In this document: piece by piece, positions 26,299 to 33,988 of the stretch
How positions within the stretch are numbered: the stretch's first letter is position 1
Layout of the letters: the number at the start of each line of letters is the position of its first letter
Sequence record: SRR16203515_3528
Length of the DNA: 33,988 nt
Reading direction: 5' to 3' (one strand)
Program-made: the position numbers and the translations under genes
Notes under the pieces: generated by a model
Told to the model about the DNA's origin: nothing
Seen by the model: the letters and a program-made list of their open reading frames with translations, nothing else
Database searches by the model: none

Positions 26299-29200
26299 GA
26301 TTTTTCCAATATGTTAATTATTTCTTTAAACTTGTATCTTTTAATTAAAACCTTTACTTCATTAAACAATAGCTGATCATCACTATCAAGGGTATAACAA
26401 TCAATTTCTTCTAATATAGGCTTACATTTTTTGATCAATTTAGTTTTAGATGCAAATAATAAAAGACTAAATAGTTCATCCCTCTTGTGTTTTTTTAATA
26501 TTTTTTTATTTTTCAGCTTTTTATCTTTTGTGATATTTAAACTCTCAATATCACTTAAAACCTTATACAACTCCTCATTTAAGGAGTTTACTAATCTTCT
26601 ATCCCTAGTCTCTTCAATCTTATAAGCAGTTTTTGATAAGTTATTTGCACCAATATTTGCACTTAATCCTTTAATCGTATGTAAGATAATATAAAAATCT
26701 TTATCTAAAAAGCTATTTAAATTTATATTAACATAATCATTGTAAAAATTATTAAGTATATTTTTGTATAAGGTACTATTATTGCCTAAGAATGATAATC
26801 CTTTTTTTATATCTATATTTTTAAGTCTTGGAAAATCAGCATTTTTTTCATCATCAATATCTATTTTCTCAATTATTGATATTTTTTTACTTATATATTT
26901 TAATAGTACTTCATATAGTTTATTTACATTTACTGGTTTATTTAAATGTTCATTTATTTTAGCTCTTTTAGTTTTTTGTTTATCTTCTAACATTGCATTT
27001 GCAGTTAAAGCAATAATAGGTATTTTTTTATCTTTTTCTCTTATAAGTTTTGTTGCTTCAAATCCATCCATAATTGGCATTTGAATATCCATAAGTATTA
27101 ATTCATATTTATTCATATTCTTTGTAAATAAATCAATTGCTTCTTTCCCATTCATGGCTAAATCAATATTAATACCACTATGTTCTAATAAGCCCAAAAT
27201 AATGTCTTGATTTATTAAGTTGTCTTCAACTAATAATATATTACTTCCATGGAGTGAAGTAAGTTGATTTTTAAAACTACTTTTCTCCGATTTAAATGTA
27301 TATTCAATTTTTTCATTTTTAAAAAATATACTATTTAGAATTTCATTTAAAACCCACTGATTTATAGGCTTTTGCAAGATAAAACTAACTCCTAAATCTT
27401 TTGATTGATTAATTACAGAATCATAATTAAAAGAGCTTGATAGAATTGCTAATTTACAAGTAACAGGCAATTGCTCTTTTATATTTTTTAATTCATCTAT
27501 TTGTTTTTGTTTAAAATTATTCCAATTAACTAAAACTAAATCTAAATTATTTTTAGGAATAAAACTACTTGCTTCACTTATATTAAAAACACTTATAACA
27601 TCAAAGCCAAACATATTAAGAATCTTTTTTATAACTTTTTGCCAAGAGTTATTATTGTCAATTACTAAAACTCTTTTTTCTTCAAAAGAGATATTTCTAT
27701 GTTCAAATTCAACTTCTTCTAAATCAATTTCAAAAATAAATGAACTACCAACACCTTTTTGTGATTCAATCCAAATACGACCATTCATCAAATCAACTAG
27801 CTGTTTACAAATACTTAAACCTAATCCTGAACCACCATACTTTCTTGTTGTACTGCTATCTGCTTGTGAGAAAGACTTGAATAGTTTATTTTGTTCTTCC
27901 AGTGTTAATCCAATACCTGTATCATTTATCTTAAATCTATATCTATTTTTATTAACTCTTTTAATATCAATAGAAATTTCTCCAGAATCAGTAAACTTAA
28001 CAGCATTACTTAAAAGATTAGTTAAAACTTGAGTGATTCTTAAACTATCTGCATAAAAAAACTTTGATGCTTTAATATCATAATCTACTACTAATTCAAG
28101 ATTCTTTTCATGAGCTTTTAATTCAATTAAAGCAATAGCATTTTCAATAGTTTTAAATAAATCAAACTCAACTTTATCCAATTTTAATTGCCCTGCTTCA
28201 ATTTTTGAAAAGTCAAGAATATCATTAATTATCTCAAGAAGGTTTCTTGAACTATTATCAATTTTCTCAATATAGTTTTTTTGTTTTATAGATAATTCTG
28301 TTTGTAAAAGTAAATGATTCATTCCTAAAATACCATGAAGTGGTGTCCTAATTTCATGGGACATATTTGCCAGAAACTCTGATTTTGCTTTTGTACTCTC
28401 TTCTGCTTTTTCCTTTTCTACTTCAAGCTCTTTTGTTCTTTTTTTAATTCTTTTTTCCATATCTTCATATAATGTTGCATTATCAATTGCCGTTGCAGCT
28501 TGCTGGGATATTAAAGAAATCGATTGCACAATCTTATCATTGAAAGCATGACTTAGATGTTCATGTTCCAGATATAACAATGCTGTGATACCTTCTTGAT
28601 TCATCAAAGGTTGGACAATAATACAAAGAGGTTTTTTATTTTCTAAATAAGAATTTGCACCTAATGCTGTCCATTCAATAGGAGAGTTAAAAAGCTGTGT
28701 CTTTTGAGTTTTCAAAGTATAATGAAGTAGGTTTTCAGGAACAAACTTGCTATTCCCATCTAAAATAAACTCCCCAATTTTATATAATTTTATTTTGCTT
28801 TCATTTTGAATATCTTGTGCAATCATATGAAGTTTTTCTTGTTCAACATGAATTAAAGCTGCATAAGTTGCACCTGAATATTTTGTAATTGTTTCTAAAA
28901 AAATATTTGAAATAGAGTCTCTTTTTAAAGCACTTGATAATTGATTTAGTGAATCAAAGATTGTTTGAGTTTCAAAAGAGTTGATATTCTCTTTTTCTTT
29001 CTTGAACTTAATATCAAACTTTTTCCAGTTTAACTCAAGTTGTTTTTGCTTAGCACTTGCACCCCAGTATCCATACCAGAAATAGGCTTTTTCTAAACAC
29101 ATTCTGAGTAAACTATCTAATTTAAACTTGTATGCAAATCTTGCATAACACTCATATGCAACTGCTGTTACATTAGAGAAACCATACTCTTGAGCTGATT

Positions 29201-32200
29201 TTATTGCTGATTCATAACATTGTTGAGCCTTAATAGAGTCATCTTTTATATTTGCTATTTCAGCCTCAAGTAACAATCTTTTATGGGTAAAATTTGATTT
29301 AGTATTTTGTTCCCAAGTACAAAACTTCTCATAAATTTTATATGCTAATTCAAACTCTTTTGAATTAACTGTTTTACAAATACCTAAGTAGATTAAAGCA
29401 GAGTAGAAATTAGCTTCAAATATTTTTGCTTGTCCTGGTACAAATTGCTCAACAATAGTATGTTTATTTGCATAATCAGACATATTTGTACTTTGCATAA
29501 TATAAGCATGTCTAATCCTTGCTTGATAGAAATACGCTTGATGTAATCCAGTACTTTTATACTGTTTTAAATATGAAGTTTCATTGAAATTTCTATCATT
29601 AAAACTATCACCTTTTGTTTTTCCTAAAAGTGCCTTAACTGCTTGTACTGCACCAGCTACAGTGGCATCTTCCATATCTTTTTGTTTAACTTTTTGTAAG
29701 TAGTGAATTTCTTGAGAATACTGTTTTTCTAAGGATTTAAGATTCATACTAGCAATTAAACTATCTGTAGATTTTACATTTATTATATATCCAGCAGTTA
29801 CATAATCATTTGTTTCTTCTGAGCACTCCCATGCTGTTTTAAAATAAGGAATTGACGATTGTATTGAACTATGCCAAGGATGTGTAAATGTTGTATAAAG
29901 AAGATAAGTTGTTCCTCTAATATATCTATTGTTTCTTTTATCTGAAATTTCAATTGCTAATTCCCCTAAAAGTTTTCCTTTTAAGGGATCATTTTTAGCC
30001 ATATGTGCAACTAATGCACTTGTTACAAAAGCAAAAGGAGAAATATCACTACATCCCTCTTGTAAAGATAACTTTGACATAGTAAGAGAAATCACAGAGT
30101 TTAATATATTATTACCCACTAAATAAGAAGCATACCATTGAACTCTCATTAGTTCCATAACAGCTATTAAAAGAGGATCTTTCATATCATTCATATTCAG
30201 AATAGTTTTATTTGACTCCTTAATATAACTATCAATAAATGTATACTCTTCATGCATTAAGTTTTCTAAGTCCAACTCATTACTAGGAAAAGAGATACCA
30301 GCAAGAGAAATTCCCTCATTAATAACATCTAATACATCATAGAATCTTCCTTGAAGTTGATAGTGATTTGCTTGAACCAAAAGATACTGTATCTTTTGAA
30401 GTTTATGCATTTCAAACTCTTTTAACTTTGAATAACACGTATCTGCTAATTCAAATTCACCTGACAAGTAAGCAGTTTGGGCAAGTTCTCTGTATATATC
30501 GATTAATAAAGTATCAATATTTTTATCATTATTATCACCAATAAATTCAACTGCAACTTTTAAAAACTCTCTTGCAGGAATAAAGGCTGAAGCTTTTTTT
30601 GCTTGTAATGCAGCTTTTAGATTTAATTGTGCATATTTAATTCTCAAGGATTCTTTTTCAACTAAATCTATCCCTACATTTAATTGTTCTACTGCTTGAA
30701 AAAGTAAAGATTCATCTTCCTCTTTCAAAAGTTCTTTACCAATTTGTAACTTGTAATATTTTGTATTTGAATCATCCATTAACAAATTTGATGATTGTTG
30801 TACCCTATCATGAATAAAAGAAAATTGTGCTTTTTCTAATTCATGTTTATCTGAGACAAATAAATATGCATTATTCTGAGGAACAATAAGTTTATCCTCA
30901 AGGGCAATCTCTAAATGTTTTAAAGTTTGAGCATAATCTTTTTGAACTACTTTACTCAAAATCTTCAAAGAGAAATTTGTCCCAATTAAAGAAGCCAAAG
31001 ATAATAAAAACTGATCATCTTCATCATATGTTTTAAGTTTACTAAGCATTAAATCTACAACATTTGCACTAAATTTCATTTTATTTAGTTGTTCTTTTCT
31101 CCATTTCCATAAAGCACTATATTCATCAAAATAAATAATGCCATTGTCATACAACTGTTTTAATGTAGCCCTTAAGAAAAATGGATTCCCTTGGGTAGTT
31201 TCATATAAAGCTTTTGCTAAAGGTACAACATCTTTTATATCTTTTTTTAGAGTATGGGAAACTAATAATATTACATCCTCTAATAATAAAGGCATTAATT
31301 TTATATCATCATAATTTATGTTATTTTGATCTAATTCATAAAACATTTGAGATAAAGGATGGGATTTATTTACTATATTATCTCTATATGCTCCTACAAA
31401 AAACAAACCCTTTTGTTTTAAATTAGAAACAATATTTTCAATTAATTTCAAAGTTGCATTATCAGCCCATTGTAAGTCATCTAAAAAAATTACTACAGAT
31501 GTACCCTCTTCACAAAAGGCCGTTATTAAGTTTATAAAAGCATTATGAAATCGTTTTTCAGCTTCCGCTGCACCAACCTCAGGTAATTTTTTGTTATGAA
31601 CTATTAAGGATTGAAGTTTAGGTATTAACTCAGCTATTAATTGAATATTAGGACCCACTTTATCATTTAGCTTTTTTTGCCATTTTAAATAATCACTTTT
31701 AGGAAGTGTAAATAAATAATCTATTAATAAAGAGATAGCACTAATTAATGCAGAGTAAGGGATATCTTTTTTAAACTGTTCAAATTTACCCTCAAGAAAA
31801 AAACCATTTTTAGATTTTACAATTGGAGACAATTCATGTACAACACGGGATTTACCTATGCCTGAGTAGCCAGCAACAACCGCAAATACAGAGTGTTTTG
31901 TTATAGCATGATTAAGTAAAAAAGTAAGTCTTTTAATCTCATTTTGTCTACCATATAAATTTTGAGGAATATTAAACTGTGAGTTAATATCATTTTTTGC
32001 AACAACAAACTTATCATTATCTTTATTAATACCCTTAATATCATCAAGTACTACTTTTATATCTTGAAGTAAAATATTATGAGTTTGGTATCGCTCATCT
32101 TGTGATTTATTCAGAAGTTTAGCAATAATTTTAGGAATAATTTTACCTACAGAAATCTCTTTAGGAAAAGAAGCAGATAAGGCAAGATGTTTATAAACTA

Positions 32201-32780
32201 GCTTATTAGGATCATTATCAACAAATGGAGGTGTATGGTAAAAAAGTTCATAAAGAATAATTCCTAAAATATAGAAGTCACTTCTATAATCTAAATTTGT
32301 ATTAGTTCTTCCCGTTTGTTCTGGTGAAATATAGTTTAAATTTATAGAAGATTCTGACAATTCATCGAAACTATATTTTTTTTGATACTGAACAATTCTA
32401 CTTAAATCAAAAAGCTTTAACTCTTTTTTTGATACATCATATAGAATTTTAATAGGCTCCAAGGCTAAATATACAAACTTACTTGAATGAATATCACTTA
32501 GGGCCTGAACTAGTGAATAAGAAATATCAATTTTTTGCTCTAATGTTAAAAGGTTATCAACCATTAAATCATGTAGTGTAGTTAAAGAAAATCTTTCATA
32601 AAGTAAAGTAGCATTAATTTCATCAACTTTTTTATATTGAAGAATAAACTTTGAGTTTAACTGTTTTGAAAACTGTATTTCATAACGCCATTGTTTATTA
32701 GCATCTTTAGAACTTAAGTTACTTTTTCTAGATAAAACATGGTTTCCACTATCTATTATTTCATAAAGTCTACTCTTCAT
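26295..32780 (-). CDS. Giant hybrid sensor: degenerate Ser/Thr kinase - AAA ATPase - helical region - GAF - HisKA/HATPase - REC(degenerate) - REC - HPt
   Basis: [16 protein letters not shown] kinase C-lobe; GYSGIGKS Walker [10 protein letters not shown] Walker [20 protein letters not shown]...[60 protein letters not shown]. Confidence 0.92.
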   Translation of the reverse strand: MKSRLYEIIDSGNHVLSRKSNLSSKDANKQWRYEIQFSKQLNSKFILQYKKVDEINATLLYERFSLTTLHDLMVDNLLTLEQKIDISYSLVQALSDIHSSKFVYLALEPIKILYDVSKKELKLFDLSRIVQYQKKYSFDELSESSINLNYISPEQTGRTNTNLDYRSDFYILGIILYELFYHTPPFVDNDPNKLVYKHLALSASFPKEISVGKIIPKIIAKLLNKSQDERYQTHNILLQDIKVVLDDIKGINKDNDKFVVAKNDINSQFNIPQNLYGRQNEIKRLTFLLNHAITKHSVFAVVAGYSGIGKSRVVHELSPIVKSKNGFFLEGKFEQFKKDIPYSALISAISLLIDYLFTLPKSDYLKWQKKLNDKVGPNIQLIAELIPKLQSLIVHNKKLPEVGAAEAEKRFHNAFINLITAFCEEGTSVVIFLDDLQWADNATLKLIENIVSNLKQKGLFFVGAYRDNIVNKSHPLSQMFYELDQNNINYDDIKLMPLLLEDVILLVSHTLKKDIKDVVPLAKALYETTQGNPFFLRATLKQLYDNGIIYFDEYSALWKWRKEQLNKMKFSANVVDLMLSKLKTYDEDDQFLLSLASLIGTNFSLKILSKVVQKDYAQTLKHLEIALEDKLIVPQNNAYLFVSDKHELEKAQFSFIHDRVQQSSNLLMDDSNTKYYKLQIGKELLKEEDESLLFQAVEQLNVGIDLVEKESLRIKYAQLNLKAALQAKKASAFIPAREFLKVAVEFIGDNNDKNIDTLLIDIYRELAQTAYLSGEFELADTCYSKLKEFEMHKLQKIQYLLVQANHYQLQGRFYDVLDVINEGISLAGISFPSNELDLENLMHEEYTFIDSYIKESNKTILNMNDMKDPLLIAVMELMRVQWYASYLVGNNILNSVISLTMSKLSLQEGCSDISPFAFVTSALVAHMAKNDPLKGKLLGELAIEISDKRNNRYIRGTTYLLYTTFTHPWHSSIQSSIPYFKTAWECSEETNDYVTAGYIINVKSTDSLIASMNLKSLEKQYSQEIHYLQKVKQKDMEDATVAGAVQAVKALLGKTKGDSFNDRNFNETSYLKQYKSTGLHQAYFYQARIRHAYIMQSTNMSDYANKHTIVEQFVPGQAKIFEANFYSALIYLGICKTVNSKEFELAYKIYEKFCTWEQNTKSNFTHKRLLLEAEIANIKDDSIKAQQCYESAIKSAQEYGFSNVTAVAYECYARFAYKFKLDSLLRMCLEKAYFWYGYWGASAKQKQLELNWKKFDIKFKKEKENINSFETQTIFDSLNQLSSALKRDSISNIFLETITKYSGATYAALIHVEQEKLHMIAQDIQNESKIKLYKIGEFILDGNSKFVPENLLHYTLKTQKTQLFNSPIEWTALGANSYLENKKPLCIIVQPLMNQEGITALLYLEHEHLSHAFNDKIVQSISLISQQAATAIDNATLYEDMEKRIKKRTKELEVEKEKAEESTKAKSEFLANMSHEIRTPLHGILGMNHLLLQTELSIKQKNYIEKIDNSSRNLLEIINDILDFSKIEAGQLKLDKVEFDLFKTIENAIALIELKAHEKNLELVVDYDIKASKFFYADSLRITQVLTNLLSNAVKFTDSGEISIDIKRVNKNRYRFKINDTGIGLTLEEQNKLFKSFSQADSSTTRKYGGSGLGLSICKQLVDLMNGRIWIESQKGVGSSFIFEIDLEEVEFEHRNISFEEKRVLVIDNNNSWQKVIKKILNMFGFDVISVFNISEASSFIPKNNLDLVLVNWNNFKQKQIDELKNIKEQLPVTCKLAILSSSFNYDSVINQSKDLGVSFILQKPINQWVLNEILNSIFFKNEKIEYTFKSEKSSFKNQLTSLHGSNILLVEDNLINQDIILGLLEHSGINIDLAMNGKEAIDLFTKNMNKYELILMDIQMPIMDGFEATKLIREKDKKIPIIALTANAMLEDKQKTKRAKINEHLNKPVNVNKLYEVLLKYISKKISIIEKIDIDDEKNADFPRLKNIDIKKGLSFLGNNSTLYKNILNNFYNDYVNINLNSFLDKDFYIILHTIKGLSANIGANNLSKTAYKIEETRDRRLVNSLNEELYKVLSDIESLNITKDKKLKNKKILKKHKRDELFSLLLFASKTKLIKKCKPILEEIDCYTLDSDDQLLFNEVKVLIKRYKFKEIINILEKS

Positions 32781-32938
32781 TTTAATACCTTATTTTTTCT
32801 AAGATAAATAGTCAAATGAAAAACTTACCTTGAATTTATAATACTTAATTATACGATAAAAACATAGCATTAAAATTATTTAATAACAATATATAATTAT
32901 TAATTTAGAAGTAAGTTTTAGAGAGAGATAGTTTCTTT

Positions 32939-33463
32939 TTAATAAAATTTATGAATATGGTCTAAAAGATTTACAAAGTTTATTTCTTTGCCTTGTTCTT
33001 TTAAGAATTCATTTAAATATTTCTCTGCATCATCCATACTGCTCTCTTCTTCTATTTCTTTTAGTTTTGAATATAAAGAAGCAATAACATCTACTGCATC
33101 ATGAGATATACTTTTTCTGTGAGCTGTATAACCAATTACTGAATTATCATCTAAATCAATTCTTGTTTTAAATTCAGTAAAAATCCAATAATAATTACCA
33201 TCTTTTGCAAGATTTTTCACTACTGCATTAATATTTTTTCCTGATTGAATTCTTTGCCATAATAGTCTAAAAATCACTCTAGGCATATCAGGGTGTCTAA
33301 TAATATTATGCTGATGACCTATTAGTTCTTCTCTTGAGTAGCCTGAAATCTTTGTAAAATAATCATTACAATAAGTAATTACACCTTTTGCATCTGTTTC
33401 ACTTACAAGATATCTATTTTTTTCTAATTCAATTTCTCCATTTTTAGGAATAACTTTTTCCAT
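32939..33463 (-). CDS. Stand-alone Aer/CetB-type PAS domain protein
   Basis: LVSETDAKGVITYCN, SGYSREELIG, HNIIRHPDMP, LW, VKNLAKDGNYYW: FAD-binding Aer-PAS signatures, with no TM or signalling domain. Confidence 0.88.
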   Translation of the reverse strand: MEKVIPKNGEIELEKNRYLVSETDAKGVITYCNDYFTKISGYSREELIGHQHNIIRHPDMPRVIFRLLWQRIQSGKNINAVVKNLAKDGNYYWIFTEFKTRIDLDDNSVIGYTAHRKSISHDAVDVIASLYSKLKEIEEESSMDDAEKYLNEFLKEQGKEINFVNLLDHIHKFY

Positions 33464-33525
33464 CTAAAATCCTTTAGAAAAGTATATCCTTATTCTCATA
33501 ATAAAATGAAGTACTTAATTGAGCA

Positions 33526-33843
33526 TTACTCTTTGCTTTTCTTTTTACCTAAAGCTTTTACATATATAGATAAAGCTTTGATTTCATCATCACTTAAAGT
33601 ACTAGTTTCAGCAGTCATGGTTGAGCCCATTCGATAATCACTCTTCTTTCCTGCACGATATGCGGTTAATGATTCTAATATATATGAAGAACTTAAAGTA
33701 TTTGGAATTTCAGATACACCAAAACAGCTTTTTTCCATGTTGAAGCCATGGCAGGTACTACATATAGTATCAATGATTTCTTGGGGTTCTCGAGCAAAAA
33801 GAGATGAACAAAGTATTAGAGAAAATAAAATAAGCTTTTTCAT
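33526..33843 (-). CDS. Monoheme cytochrome c (c553-like)
   Basis: Signal peptide, CSTCH, distal Met region MGSTM, LSDDEIKALSIY. RBS AAGGAG. Confidence 0.85.
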   Translation of the reverse strand: MKKLILFSLILCSSLFAREPQEIIDTICSTCHGFNMEKSCFGVSEIPNTLSSSYILESLTAYRAGKKSDYRMGSTMTAETSTLSDDEIKALSIYVKALGKKKSKE

Positions 33844-33958
33844 GGGAAACTCCTTTATCTTATATAATAAAGAATAACTAGTTTAGTTTTAATTTATGTT
33901 AATTTTGGAAGTTAATTGTTTGATAAAAGTTTTGATTGTTTTTGTTGATAAGTAAAAG

Positions 33959-33988
33959 TGGTGGCTCGAGACAGAATCGAACTGTCGA
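33959..33988 (-). tRNA. 3' end of a tRNA (probably tRNA-Phe), truncated by the window edge
   Basis: Reverse complement TC-GACAG-TTCGATT-CTGTC-TCGAGCC-A-CCA gives T-arm, acceptor strand, discriminator A and encoded CCA. The anticodon lies outside the window, so the Phe identity rests on recalled similarity only. Confidence 0.9.

Noticed and set aside
25417-33988. tRNA-anchored genomic island
   Set aside because: No integrase lies next to the tRNA 3' end, and I found no duplicate of the tRNA 3' sequence (att site) in the window by eye.
1-33988. CRISPR arrays, IS elements, prophage genes, rRNA
   Set aside because: No regularly spaced repeats, terminal inverted repeats with a transposase, phage genes or rRNA-like sequence were seen.

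Overview
AT-rich bacterial chromosomal segment; gene content and style (HDOD, CetB-like PAS, cytochrome c553, NapG/NosG-like ferredoxin, AAGGA-type RBSs) suggest Campylobacterota, probably Arcobacteraceae (inference). The left half is a mosaic of GreB, a periplasmic-sensor diguanylate cyclase, an HDOD/response regulator/heme-c histidine kinase operon, a mycothione-reductase-like flavoprotein, AraC/LysE genes, an RNase H, a pentaheme cytochrome plus NapG/NosG-like pair behind a well-positioned Crp/Fnr-type box, sfsA and a CNNM/CBS protein. The centre (16621-24735) is a self-contained 9-gene catabolic operon: GntR, a two-Cys Asp/Glu-racemase-family enzyme, a TAXI-TRAP transporter, a three-subunit flavin/Fe-S dehydrogenase of the opine dehydrogenase/HcnABC/LhpBEF family and two Rid imine deaminases. 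It has a visible operator, intercistronic hairpins and an anomalous rare-codon, C-rich patch in the permease gene. This is the best candidate for an undescribed system (uptake, epimerisation and oxidation of an unknown opine or D-/N-substituted amino acid). The right end holds a 2161-aa pseudokinase-AAA-GAF-hybrid histidine kinase coupled to a REC-GGDEF cyclase, a stand-alone PAS protein, a cytochrome c and the 3' end of a tRNA (probably Phe). No CRISPR array, transposase or integrase was seen. All calls are from motif recognition without database searches.
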